NCBI GenBank assembly: GCA_038046585.1
Contig: JBBSVX010000016.1
Location: 1-51,112, forward strand
Source: an archaeon
GTDB lineage: Archaea; Iainarchaeota; Iainarchaeia; Iainarchaeales; JAAZKV01
DNA length: 51,112 bases
Reading direction: 5' to 3'
Made by a program: the position numbers and the translations under genes. A model generated the notes under the pieces. It searched no databases. It was not told the DNA's origin and worked only from the letters and a program-made list of their open reading frames with translations. Every line of letters begins with the position of its first letter. The first letter of the stretch is position 1. Of the stretch, positions 25,407 through 34,818 are shown one piece after another.

Positions 25407-26390
25407 ATGCTATACTACATATCAGCAGCGATAGCTGCTATTGCCGTCCTTTTGATAATGCCTCCTTTCATAAGAAGAATGCACAAACAAGATTTTGTGG
25501 GCAAAGACATGAACAAATACTCAAAGCCAGCGATTGCCGAACTTGGAGGAGTAGTAGTTTTTTTGGGATTTGCGCTCGGAATATTTTCCTCGATGTTCCT
25601 CAGCACCTACCTTCAATCATTTTCACTTGATTTCACCCTTCTCTTTGCAGGATTCGCCACAATCGCGATGATTGCGTTTGTCGGATTCATTGATGACATA
25701 ATAGGATGGAAAAAAGGAATAAGACAATGGCAACATGCACTTTTCCCAATCCTTGCAGCGCTTCCATTGATGGCAATAAGCGCCGGGGACACAACAATGA
25801 CTTTACCATTTGTAGGACTCGTAAATCTCGGGATAATTTTTCCGTTAGTAATAATTCCTTTAGGCATAACCGGCGCAAGCAATGCATTTAACATGCTTGC
25901 GGGATTTAATGGACTTGAAGCAACGCAAGGGATACTCATAACAGCAACGCTCACAATAATTGCACTAATTACAGGAAACATGACTGCAGCAATATTAGGT
26001 CTTGCAATGATTGGAGCCTTAATAGCTTTCTTACGGTTCAACTGGTTTCCCGCAAAAATATTCGGAGGAGATTCGCTAACTCTAATGGTTGGAGCAAATA
26101 TTGCTGTAATGAGCATAATTGGAAATATGGAAATAGCAGGCGTAATTTTAATTTCATTATACTTCATCGAATTCATAATCAAAGCAAAGCATAAATTCCA
26201 AAGCGAATGCTTCGGTTTGCCCCAAAAGAGTGGAAAGCTAAGCTACAATCCTAAAGGGGGGTCATTGACCCACCTTGTTCTCAGAATGGGAAAAAATAAT
26301 CTAACAGAACCCCAAGTAACCATAATAATAAGTATTTTTCAGTTATCAATATGCATCATAACGCTAGCAATTTTCTTCTTAAAGATTTAA
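25407..26390 (+). CDS. aglH: Alg7/AglH-type UDP-GlcNAc:dolichyl-phosphate GlcNAc-1-phosphate transferase
   Basis: Polytopic protein with FVGFIDDIIGWKKG and NAFNMLAGFNGLEATQG. This is the eukaryotic/archaeal N..N..AG.NGLE variant, not the bacterial DG.DGL variant. Confidence 0.85.
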   Translation: MLYYISAAIAAIAVLLIMPPFIRRMHKQDFVGKDMNKYSKPAIAELGGVVVFLGFALGIFSSMFLSTYLQSFSLDFTLLFAGFATIAMIAFVGFIDDIIGWKKGIRQWQHALFPILAALPLMAISAGDTTMTLPFVGLVNLGIIFPLVIIPLGITGASNAFNMLAGFNGLEATQGILITATLTIIALITGNMTAAILGLAMIGALIAFLRFNWFPAKIFGGDSLTLMVGANIAVMSIIGNMEIAGVILISLYFIEFIIKAKHKFQSECFGLPQKSGKLSYNPKGGSLTHLVLRMGKNNLTEPQVTIIISIFQLSICIITLAIFFLKI

Positions 26391-26405
26391 ACAAAGGTTT
26401 TTCTT

Positions 26406-27374
26406 ATGCCTAAAGCAAAAGTTGCCTTCAAGAATTTCTGGAGGGAAGCAAAAGATAGCGACAATCTTTACAAACGCTTATTAACCGAAAATTTTGATTT
26501 AGAAGAAAGCGAAAACCCGGATTTTGTCTTTTATTCCTCATTCGCTGACGGAAAGAACACTCACAAAATGGAAAAAATCACCGGAAACTTCACAAAGATA
26601 TTTTGCACAGGAGAAAATATCAAAATAAACATGAAAAATACTGATTGGGCTTTTGGATTTGATTATGAAGATAAAATAAAGAATCCAAAATATATGCGAG
26701 TGCCGCTTTACGCATATTATGGCGCAGGAAATGATCTGGTAAAAACAAAATCAAAAGTGAATGAAGCCCTAAAAAGCGATAGAAAGTTTTGCAATTACAC
26801 TTACTCAAAAGATGCAAAAGAAAGGGTTCTTTTTTTCAAAGAACTCTCAAAATACAAAAAAATAGACGCACCAGGAAAATCACAAAACAATTGCCCCCCA
26901 ATTGTGCCAAAGAACCTTTATCTTTTAACCAAACCAATACAGATTATTGAATCTATGGCTGGCAAATACCCTATTTCCTCGCTCATCTCAAGGCACTCGC
27001 AGAATTGGAAAGAAGACAAAATAGATTTCCTTAGAAATTACAAGTTTACGATTGCTTTTGAAAATTCAGAAGGCGAGGGGTACACCACTGAAAAAATATA
27101 CCACCCAATGCTTGCTAACAGTATTCCTTTGTATTGGGGAAATCCTGAGATACAAAGGGACTTCAATACAAAGAGCTTTGTAAATTACTATGATTATAAT
27201 GATTTTAGGAAAATGGCCGACAAAGTAATCGATCTTGATACAAATACAAAAAAATATGAAAAAACTCTAAACAAACCATGGTTCAACAAAAACAGACCGA
27301 ACAAGTGGTGCGGAAAAAAAAGAATAATTACCCAACTTGAAAAGATACTACAACAAAAATCAAGGAAGCAGTGA
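26406..27374 (+). CDS. GT10-family alpha-1,3/4-fucosyltransferase
   Basis: YKFTIAFENSEGEGYTTEKIYHPMLANSIPLYWGNPEIQRDFNTKSFVNYYDY closely matches the FucT catalytic core motif (FENS..GY.TEK...IP.YWG). Confidence 0.85.
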   Translation: MPKAKVAFKNFWREAKDSDNLYKRLLTENFDLEESENPDFVFYSSFADGKNTHKMEKITGNFTKIFCTGENIKINMKNTDWAFGFDYEDKIKNPKYMRVPLYAYYGAGNDLVKTKSKVNEALKSDRKFCNYTYSKDAKERVLFFKELSKYKKIDAPGKSQNNCPPIVPKNLYLLTKPIQIIESMAGKYPISSLISRHSQNWKEDKIDFLRNYKFTIAFENSEGEGYTTEKIYHPMLANSIPLYWGNPEIQRDFNTKSFVNYYDYNDFRKMADKVIDLDTNTKKYEKTLNKPWFNKNRPNKWCGKKRIITQLEKILQQKSRKQ

Positions 27375-27379
27375 TATTT

Positions 27380-27835
27380 ATGGTAAAAGAAAACATCTGC
27401 ATTGCAGCAAGCGCAGGCGGACACCTCAATGAAGCTCTCCAGCTCAAAGAATCTTGGGCTGGAAAGAAACATTTCTTTATTAGTGATGAAAGGGTAAATG
27501 CAAAAGCTCTTGCACGAACCGAGAAAATGTATTATATAATGCCGGCAAGAAGGAATCCTTTAAGGCTCGCTTATGGATTTCTTCAGACCTCAGGCATATT
27601 TCTAAGAGAAAACCCCTCAACTATCATCTCAACCGGTGCCGAAAGCGCCTTTCCCGCAATAATACTCGGGGTTATACTGGGGAAAAGAGTCGTTTACATC
27701 GAAAGCTTTGCGAGAATAAGTTCCCCAAGTCTTTGCGGCAAACTCGTCTATCCTTATGTCAAGGACTTTTATGTTCAATGGCCACAAGGGAAAAAATGGT
27801 TCCCAAAAGCAAAATACATCGGGAGCGTGTTCTAA
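27380..27835 (+). CDS. Alg14-like glycosyltransferase subunit
   Basis: AASAGGHLNEA and VVYIESFARISSPSLCGKLVYPYVKDFYVQW resemble Alg14 (VYVESLARI..PSLTGK...QW). An alternative GTG start at 27371 overlaps the fucT stop. Confidence 0.8.
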   Translation: MVKENICIAASAGGHLNEALQLKESWAGKKHFFISDERVNAKALARTEKMYYIMPARRNPLRLAYGFLQTSGIFLRENPSTIISTGAESAFPAIILGVILGKRVVYIESFARISSPSLCGKLVYPYVKDFYVQWPQGKKWFPKAKYIGSVF

Positions 27836-28293
27836 TGAAAATCTTTGTCACGGTCGGAAGCATGTTCCCGTTCGACAGGCTCATCAAAGAGATTGACAAG
27901 GTCGCCAAAGAAGGGAAGCACGAGATATTTGCTCAAACAGGGGAAAGCACTTATTTGCCGAAGAACTGCAAATACAAACCTTTTTTGGATTACTCAGAGA
28001 ATATTTCAAAAATGAAGCAAGCCGATGTCATAATCAGCCATGCGGGAGTGGGTACGGTGATTGACATAATGTCAAGCAAGAAGCCCTTCATTTTGGTGCC
28101 GAGGCTTTCAAAATACAAGGAAGCGATAGACGACCACCAGCTGGAGCTTTGCAAATATTTGCATAAAGAATTTGACGCGACATATCTCACAAATGAATCT
28201 GAAATTGTTCCTGCATTAAAAAAAGCCAAGGCAATAAAAAGAGGCAATCAAAACGAGGCACTTTTAAAAGAAATCAAGAGCCTTATACGCTAG
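27835..28293 (+). CDS. Alg13-like glycosyltransferase catalytic subunit (GT28 C-terminal domain)
   Basis: MKIFVTVGSMFPFDRL, ISHAGVGTVIDIM, KPFILVPR and DDHQLELCKYL. The ATG overlaps the alg14-like stop (TAATG). Confidence 0.8.
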   Translation: MKIFVTVGSMFPFDRLIKEIDKVAKEGKHEIFAQTGESTYLPKNCKYKPFLDYSENISKMKQADVIISHAGVGTVIDIMSSKKPFILVPRLSKYKEAIDDHQLELCKYLHKEFDATYLTNESEIVPALKKAKAIKRGNQNEALLKEIKSLIR

Positions 28294-29036
28294 CCCTTGT
28301 GAACCTTAAGCCCAAGAATTGAAAATATTTTTTTCAGCAATCCAAAAACCCTATGTTTGACAAAGAGCACGGCAAATGGAACAAATCCAAAATGTTTCTT
28401 TATTACTGCCTCGGTTTCTCTATAAGATACTGACCCCGAACTAACACCGCCAATCTGAACGGTTGCAATAATCCTGTCAATTTTCTTACCAACAGCGCCT
28501 TTCTTAATTATTCTGCAAAACCAATCAAAATCCGCCGAAGAACGATATGAATTATCAAAAAGATTCTCAAGAAGAAGCTTTCTTCTAACGAAAGTGGCTT
28601 GGTGGGGAGGCATACTGCCTTTTTTTATTTCAGCCATTGACGCAATCCTTGTTATTCGCTTAGATATTTTTTCTTCAGGATAATAAAAATTCACGTCACC
28701 ATAAACAAAATCAATTCCTTTCTCAAATGCTTTGACAGCGTCTGAAACCACATGTTTGCTGTAAAAAACATCATCTGCATTTAGAAAAAACACAACATCG
28801 CCAGAAGCCTTCTTTACAGCGATGTTCATTGCATCATAAAGGCCAGCATCCTTCCCTTCGATAACAACATCAATTCGCTTTCCATATTTTTTAACTATTT
28901 TCAATGTAGAATCCTTTGATCCACCGTCTTTTATCAAATATTCTATATTAGGACAGTCCTGAGAAAGAACTGATTTGATTGTTTCTTCAATCGTTGAAGC
29001 TGCGTTGAAGCAGACGGTAACTATTGATACTTTCAA
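28290..29036 (-). CDS. GT2-family glycosyltransferase
   Basis: VSIVTVCFNAASTIEETIKSVLSQDCPNIEYLIKDGGSKDSTL and FFLNADD (DxD). TTG start with AGGTG 6 nt upstream. Confidence 0.85.
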   Translation of the reverse strand: MKVSIVTVCFNAASTIEETIKSVLSQDCPNIEYLIKDGGSKDSTLKIVKKYGKRIDVVIEGKDAGLYDAMNIAVKKASGDVVFFLNADDVFYSKHVVSDAVKAFEKGIDFVYGDVNFYYPEEKISKRITRIASMAEIKKGSMPPHQATFVRRKLLLENLFDNSYRSSADFDWFCRIIKKGAVGKKIDRIIATVQIGGVSSGSVSYRETEAVIKKHFGFVPFAVLFVKHRVFGLLKKIFSILGLKVHKG

Positions 29037-29046
29037 ATAAACACCT

Positions 29047-30000
29047 TTATTTTTTCAGAGATTTCCACCAAGTCTCGTTTTGTTTGTACCAGTCTATTGT
29101 CTTCTTCAATCCTTCCTCAAAGCAGTATTTTGGCTTCCATCCAAGCTCGCGAAGCTTCGAGCCATCAAGTGAGTACCTAAAATCATGGCCTTTTCTATCC
29201 TCGACGCGCTGTATCATCTCTTCGCCTTTACCAAATTCCTTAAGCACTCTTTTAGTCATCTCAAGATTTGTAAGCTCCTCGCCAGAAGCGATGTTGTATA
29301 TTTCACCTTTCTTTCCTTTCTTTATTGCAGTAAGTATACCTCGACAATTATCCTCAACATGGGTCCACTCCCTCACTTGCTTTCCTTCCCCATAAAGAGG
29401 AACTTTCTTGTTTTCTATTAGGTTTGTTATAAACAAAGGAAGCACCTTTTCAGGAAATTGATATGGGCCGTAGTTGTTCGACGAACGTGTTATCATCGTC
29501 GGCAGACCATAAGTCTCTTTGAATGCATTAACAAACATTTCAGCAGAAGCCTTTGAAGCGCTATAAGGATTTCTTGGGTGAAGCAAATCTTTCTCAGTAA
29601 ACGATCCAGACATTATCTGGCCGTATACTTCATCAGTTGAGATTTGAATGAACAATGAAGCCTTTGAATTTAGGGCTGCGTCAAGTAATGTCGTTGTCCC
29701 TTTTATGTTGGACTCAATGAATGGGTTGAGATCGTTTAAACTTCTGTCCACATGGCTCTCTGCAGCAAAATTGAGTACCACATCAACGCCTTCCATAGCT
29801 TTCTTTACTACACTCCTATCGCAGATGTCCCCTTTCACAAGCTTGTATCTTTTATTTACCTTAATGTCATTAAGGCTTGCTGGATTTGCAGCATAGGTAA
29901 GTTTGTCAAGATTCACTATTTCATAGTCAGTAGTTTCAAGTGCAAGCCTAACAAAATTCGATCCGATGAACCCCATTCCGCCGGTTACCAACAGTTTCAT
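29047..30000 (-). CDS. rfbB: dTDP-glucose 4,6-dehydratase
   Basis: MKLLVTGGMGFIGSNF, AAESHVDRS and PYSASKASAE, sited directly downstream of rfbA. Confidence 0.9.
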   Translation of the reverse strand: MKLLVTGGMGFIGSNFVRLALETTDYEIVNLDKLTYAANPASLNDIKVNKRYKLVKGDICDRSVVKKAMEGVDVVLNFAAESHVDRSLNDLNPFIESNIKGTTTLLDAALNSKASLFIQISTDEVYGQIMSGSFTEKDLLHPRNPYSASKASAEMFVNAFKETYGLPTMITRSSNNYGPYQFPEKVLPLFITNLIENKKVPLYGEGKQVREWTHVEDNCRGILTAIKKGKKGEIYNIASGEELTNLEMTKRVLKEFGKGEEMIQRVEDRKGHDFRYSLDGSKLRELGWKPKYCFEEGLKKTIDWYKQNETWWKSLKK

Positions 30001-30002
30001 AT

Positions 30003-30872
30003 TCAAGCCTCCTTTGCTATTCTAAGCAGATATTTTCCATACTCGCTGTTCTTCATCAAATCTGCAAGTTTTGTAAGCTGCTCTTTTGTTATGAACCTTT
30101 TCATGTAAGCTATCTCCTCAAGACACGCTATCTTAAGACCCTGACGTCTCTCGAGAATTTCAATATAGTTTGAGGCTTCCATCAACGATGCTGGGGTGCC
30201 CGTGTCAAGCCATGCAAAGCCCCTTCCAAGTATTTCGACTTTAAGCTTTCCGCGCTTGAGATATTCCTTATTGATGTCCGTTATCTCGGTCTCACCGCGA
30301 GGAGAAGGCTTGAGATTGTGCGCTATTGTCACAACATCATTATCATAGAAATAAAGCCCTGTGACAGCATAATTGGATTTCGGCTCCTTGGGCTTCTCAA
30401 CAAGTGCCACGGGAGCGCCTTTGGCATCAATTTCCACAACACCAAATCTTTGCGGATCCGGTACAGAATATGCAAATACGGTTGCACCATTAGTAGATTT
30501 CACCGCTTTAGATAGAGTTTGCACAAAGCCCTCGCCGCAGAATATGTTGTCCCCAAGTATGAGACAAACTGAGTCTTTGCCAATGAATTTTTCCCCAATA
30601 GTAAAAGCCTGAGGAATTCCTTTAGGTTCATTTTGAACAGCATAAGTCAACTTCATCCCAAGGGACGAACCATCCCCAAGTAAGTTTTCGAATTGAGGCG
30701 TATCCTTAGGAGTGGATATTATTAGCACATCCTTTATGCCCGCAAGCATAAGCACCGAAAGAGGATAGTATATCATCGGCTTATCGTAAACCGGTATTAA
30801 CTGTTTGCAGCATACCTTTGTTATAGGATAAAGCCTCGTTCCGGCACCGCCGGCAAGTATTATTCCCTTCAT
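30003..30872 (-). CDS. rfbA: glucose-1-phosphate thymidylyltransferase
   Basis: [19 protein letters not shown]..., ILGDNIF and [19 protein letters not shown]. Confidence 0.9.
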   Translation of the reverse strand: MKGIILAGGAGTRLYPITKVCCKQLIPVYDKPMIYYPLSVLMLAGIKDVLIISTPKDTPQFENLLGDGSSLGMKLTYAVQNEPKGIPQAFTIGEKFIGKDSVCLILGDNIFCGEGFVQTLSKAVKSTNGATVFAYSVPDPQRFGVVEIDAKGAPVALVEKPKEPKSNYAVTGLYFYDNDVVTIAHNLKPSPRGETEITDINKEYLKRGKLKVEILGRGFAWLDTGTPASLMEASNYIEILERRQGLKIACLEEIAYMKRFITKEQLTKLADLMKNSEYGKYLLRIAKEA

Positions 30873-30878
30873 ACCATT

Positions 30879-31970
30879 TCACCCCAAAAACCTGTTAGCA
30901 GATTCAATAACTTTCATTATATCTTCCTTTTTGTGGAAGTACGATATAGGTATACTCAGAGTGGTTGCATGAATCTCTTCAGATATAGGGCACTTGCACT
31001 TATCTATTATCCCCTTCATAGCGACCTGCTTGTTTGGTGAAACAGGATAATGAACCTCAGTCTTCACGCCATCTTGGAGCATGTGCGCCCTCAACTCATC
31101 TCTGTTCTTGTGTCTGATATTGAATATGTGGTAAACATCAAAGAATCCTTGTTCGACAATCGGTTTAGCATAATCATTAGAAAGCTTTTCAAGATAAATT
31201 TTTGCAAGCATCCTCTTGTGCGCATTTATATCATCAAGCTTTTTCAGCTTCTGCAATAGGAACGCAGCCTGCAATTCATCAAGCCTCGAATTATATCCAA
31301 CAAGCTCGTTGTAGTACTTTACCTTCGAGCCATAATTTCTAAGCATCCTTGCTTTCTCAGCCAAAACATCATCGTTTGTCATTATAGCGCCTGCTTCTCC
31401 AAGCGCACCAAGGTTCTTTGTTGGATAAAAGCTAAATGCGTTAATGGTTCCAAAAGAACCGGCTCTTTTTTTTCCTTGCATTGCGCCGTGAGCCTGTGCA
31501 CAATCTTCTACAACTGCAAGAGAATGTTTTTTGGCTAATTCCATTATTTGTTCCATGTCGCAAAGTTTGCCGTAGAGATGTACAGGCATTATTGCAGATG
31601 TTTTTTTAGTAATCTTCTTTTCTATAAGACAAGGATCAATATTGTATGTCTTAATGTCCGGCTCAACAAGAACGGGCTTAAGACCTGCTTGCAAGATGGA
31701 TATTATTGAAGCAATGTAGGTGTTTGAGGGCACAAGCACTTCTGAATTCTCTTTCAGATTGAGCGCCTTGAGAGATAGGGTAAGTGCGTCAAGTCCAGAA
31801 GCCACTCCGACACAATGTTTAACTCCGCAATAAGCAGCAAACTGCTTCTCAAAGTCCTGCACTGACTGCCCGAGAACGTATCTTTCACTTTCAAGAAATG
31901 ATGCGAACGCTTTCCTATAATCATCGAAAAACGGGGCGTTTGATTTCCTTAAATTTTCGTATTCAATCAT
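30879..31970 (-). CDS. DegT/DnrJ/EryC1-family sugar aminotransferase (FdtB/QdtB-like)
   Basis: PLP aminotransferase pattern: NAFSFYPTKNLGALGEAGAI (Lys region) and RNYG. Trimmed to the ATG at 31970, which overlaps the ketoisomerase stop by 8 nt. Confidence 0.85.
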   Translation of the reverse strand: MIEYENLRKSNAPFFDDYRKAFASFLESERYVLGQSVQDFEKQFAAYCGVKHCVGVASGLDALTLSLKALNLKENSEVLVPSNTYIASIISILQAGLKPVLVEPDIKTYNIDPCLIEKKITKKTSAIMPVHLYGKLCDMEQIMELAKKHSLAVVEDCAQAHGAMQGKKRAGSFGTINAFSFYPTKNLGALGEAGAIMTNDDVLAEKARMLRNYGSKVKYYNELVGYNSRLDELQAAFLLQKLKKLDDINAHKRMLAKIYLEKLSNDYAKPIVEQGFFDVYHIFNIRHKNRDELRAHMLQDGVKTEVHYPVSPNKQVAMKGIIDKCKCPISEEIHATTLSIPISYFHKKEDIMKVIESANRFLG

Positions 31971-32328
31971 CATATCCCTCATCAATGTAATCGTCCTTAT
32001 CATAGTGAGTGGACGCAAGCACCATCAGCACAGCGCCCTTTGAAAACTTCTGCATTGTGTGCCAATCCTTCGGATTGAGGAGAAGAACTTTTTCAAGCGA
32101 ATCAAGCAAGAAAGTCTTTTTTGACGAGCCATCGTTGACAAAGATCTCGCAACTACCACTCACGCTGATTAGAGCCATCATCGTCTTCTTGTGTCTATGC
32201 CCTCCGCGCAGCCCTTTTACATCATGAATATAAAATACCCTCTTTATCTCAAAAGGCAACACCTTGTCAATCACAGTAAGCTTGCCGTCCTTGTCCGCAA
32301 ACGTCTTGACAAATATTATTTCAGCCAT
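31963..32328 (-). CDS. dTDP-4-keto-6-deoxyhexose 3,4-ketoisomerase (FdtA/QdtA/WxcM cupin)
   Basis: LPFEIKRVFYIHDVKGLRGGHRHKKTMMALISVSGSC...WHTMQKFS...MVLAS aligns with FdtA (IKRVYYIFD...RGFHAHKK). Confidence 0.8.
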   Translation of the reverse strand: MAEIIFVKTFADKDGKLTVIDKVLPFEIKRVFYIHDVKGLRGGHRHKKTMMALISVSGSCEIFVNDGSSKKTFLLDSLEKVLLLNPKDWHTMQKFSKGAVLMVLASTHYDKDDYIDEGYDD

Positions 32329-32331
32329 CAA

Positions 32332-33300
32332 TCACACCTTTAGTTTACCAATATCAATAATATTGAGCTCTCCCTTTGCATACCTAATCAAATCTATGAT
32401 TAGTGTCTTTAAGGTCATTTTTGGTACAAAGTTTTCCCCGAAAAACCTCGAATCCACCATATTTAGCCTCTTTCTTGCCGCAAGCACCTGCTTTAGATAG
32501 GGCAAGTAAATGAAGGATTTGAATGATTTAGGAAGCCTATAAGGGCAAAGGTTTGCATTACTACCTTGTATCTTCAAAGCATGAAAATGGAAGAACACTA
32601 TTTTTGTTTTCTTTCCTGTTGTGGGCTCGACTATTTCGTTGTCGCCAATCGCCTCAAACTTTTGCATATTCCATGGCGCAACCCCTGCCCCAATATTTTG
32701 CGACACATAAACTCCCTCAAATCTTTCAGTCCAGTCGTCAAGATATTTCTGGTCACCAAACTTCCCCTCTTCGGGCTTTGCGAAGCACCAGTCAAGGCAA
32801 GCGTTTCTCCACCACCTTAAAGCTTTCATGCCCTTGACCTCGTTTTTGAATGTCATAAACTGAACACAGTACTTACCACTAACGGCGGATTGATCATACT
32901 GTGACGCGTAATTATGTGTTGTAAGTAGTATTGAGGATTTGCCCATCTCAGAAACAAGCTTTGAAGGATCAGAATAAAAAAATGTATCTGCATCGAGATA
33001 TGTGCATTCCTTTTCCTTAAACTTTTCAAGAACATAAAGAATCGTTGATGATGAACAGGTCCACATGTATTCAACTTTTGATCTCGACTTTTTCGCCGAA
33101 AGCAATTGCTTATCTTCGAAATCCTTAAGCGGCACTACAGTAACCCCTTTGAGCTTCATCTTTAAGAACGTAGAATAGACAAGGTCGTCGAACGCAAATA
33201 TATACAGTCTAAAATTCTTGCAATTCTCCTTAATGGATTCATACAGCAATAATCCTCTGTCGGCGTAATATGAATCAAAGAGCGTACAAAAGACCCTCAT
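32332..33300 (-). CDS. GT-A-type glycosyltransferase (family not assigned)
   Basis: YLDADTFF (DxD) and GDQKYLDDW, in operon context. ATGA overlap with the upstream methyltransferase. Confidence 0.55.
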   Translation of the reverse strand: MRVFCTLFDSYYADRGLLLYESIKENCKNFRLYIFAFDDLVYSTFLKMKLKGVTVVPLKDFEDKQLLSAKKSRSKVEYMWTCSSSTILYVLEKFKEKECTYLDADTFFYSDPSKLVSEMGKSSILLTTHNYASQYDQSAVSGKYCVQFMTFKNEVKGMKALRWWRNACLDWCFAKPEEGKFGDQKYLDDWTERFEGVYVSQNIGAGVAPWNMQKFEAIGDNEIVEPTTGKKTKIVFFHFHALKIQGSNANLCPYRLPKSFKSFIYLPYLKQVLAARKRLNMVDSRFFGENFVPKMTLKTLIIDLIRYAKGELNIIDIGKLKV

Positions 33301-34016
33301 TTAGACACCTTTCTGGCAAGAATTACATTGTCAAGGTATAAGTCCCTGCCTTTAGGAAGAATTCCCGATATAACCCCTAACAAGGTTATAATACTCATCA
33401 CAAATATCATAGCAAAGTATTTCAAAAAAGGATTCCAAGATACAAGCTTGAAAATGTACGCATTTAACAGTTGAAATATTGCAGGTAAACCTTGCACTGA
33501 CTTGTGCTGCTCAATTATTGCAAAGCCGTTTCTTTTTAAAAGATCTACTAGGCCATAGGAAGAATACCTTGCATAATCAACCGGCTGTTCATGCTCATCC
33601 CAAACAAAGGGGACGGTTATCAGAAGCACTCCTTGAGGTTTTAGAACCTCCCAAATCTCAGAGACAAATTCATCTGGCCAAAAAACATGCTCCAACACCT
33701 GGTTGCAAAGGACAGAATCAAAACTTGCTGACTTAAAAGGAAATTTCTTGCCGTTATAAAAACAATCTGCCTTTTTGGCAGCCCTGTTCTCAGTGTTCTC
33801 ATATTCCAAGCCGACATATTTTGAGCCTTTGAAAAGGGATTCATAGGGTCTTTCTCCGCAGCCAACATCAAGTAGCTTACCTTTAAGCCTGGGCGAAAGT
33901 TTGAAAATGTTCAAATAAAGCCCTTTCCTTGCGAGATAAAACGGATTGAGGAAAATTCCTGCGAAACCAGGATCATACCTGTTCTTTGCAGCTACTCTGC
34001 GAATCATTCCAAACAT
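33297..34016 (-). CDS. class I SAM-dependent methyltransferase with a C-terminal hydrophobic segment
   Basis: LLDVGCGERPY (motif I), FDSVLCNQVLEHV and LKPQGVLL. Trimmed to the ATG at 34016. Confidence 0.75.
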   Translation of the reverse strand: MFGMIRRVAAKNRYDPGFAGIFLNPFYLARKGLYLNIFKLSPRLKGKLLDVGCGERPYESLFKGSKYVGLEYENTENRAAKKADCFYNGKKFPFKSASFDSVLCNQVLEHVFWPDEFVSEIWEVLKPQGVLLITVPFVWDEHEQPVDYARYSSYGLVDLLKRNGFAIIEQHKSVQGLPAIFQLLNAYIFKLVSWNPFLKYFAMIFVMSIITLLGVISGILPKGRDLYLDNVILARKVSK

Positions 34017-34017
34017 A

Positions 34018-34818
34018 TCATTTCCTCTTAAAGATAAGTGTCTTGAACACAAAATCCCCACCATAATAATCGTTCGACACTTCCTCAGACATTAGCAAAT
34101 ATTTCTTGGAAATGAGATTATAAAGTTCATCTTCGTCGAATATGCGGCAGGGGTAGCTTGAGTCGTATATCTTAGGATTTACTTTTTGCACGCAAATCCT
34201 GCTTTTGCCCTTTATCATCGGCGTCCGCGATATTATCATGAACTGGGGCGCGAGGTTCATTGTGGTTCTAAGAACTGCAAAAGGGTCTTCGATATACTGC
34301 AATACACTTGAAAAAACAGCCACCGAAGGCTTGTGTCCGGCAGAAAAGTCGCCGATTGAGTCATAAAATTTCAGTGACTTGGATTCGAATTCTTTTTTTC
34401 CAGCTTTGACAAATTCAGGCTGTTCCACAACACCCCAAAATAGACCCTTTATCTGTTTCAAAAAATGCTTATTCTTATAATAGAGATTTCCCAAAGCACC
34501 GCCAAAATCAAGGACAACGACTTTCTTTGAATTTTCTGCGACGGCGAAGATAACTGAAAGCAAATCCCAATCATATTCGGGGAAATGGAAAACAACAGAA
34601 TCCCTCTCAAACGCAGCCTCGCCTTTTTTCACCTTGTGCATCGCAGAGATTACTTTCGACAATATCTCTCCCGAATCATAACCCTTTGAGTGTTTCAACG
34701 CTTCGTCCCATGACATGTAATTTCCCACCCATTTAGTGGATTTTGAGAAGTGCCTGCGGTACGCGCTAAGAATGGGTCTTGGAATCAAGAGTATCACTGG
34801 CTTAAGATTAAGGCTCAT
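34018..34818 (-). CDS. putative methyltransferase (resembles the TIGR04325-type family found in glycan clusters)
   Basis: WVGNYMSWDEALKHSKGYDSGEILSKV, VLDFGGALG and an FSSVLQYIEDP-type C-terminal half. Confidence 0.6.
   Translation of the reverse strand: MSLNLKPVILLIPRPILSAYRRHFSKSTKWVGNYMSWDEALKHSKGYDSGEILSKVISAMHKVKKGEAAFERDSVVFHFPEYDWDLLSVIFAVAENSKKVVVLDFGGALGNLYYKNKHFLKQIKGLFWGVVEQPEFVKAGKKEFESKSLKFYDSIGDFSAGHKPSVAVFSSVLQYIEDPFAVLRTTMNLAPQFMIISRTPMIKGKSRICVQKVNPKIYDSSYPCRIFDEDELYNLISKKYLLMSEEVSNDYYGGDFVFKTLIFKRK

Noticed and set aside
25613-26182. A 189-aa minus-strand ORF within the aglH locus.
   Set aside because: It is antisense to a polytopic GPT with diagnostic motifs. Its hydrophobic mirror composition is typical of membrane-protein shadows.
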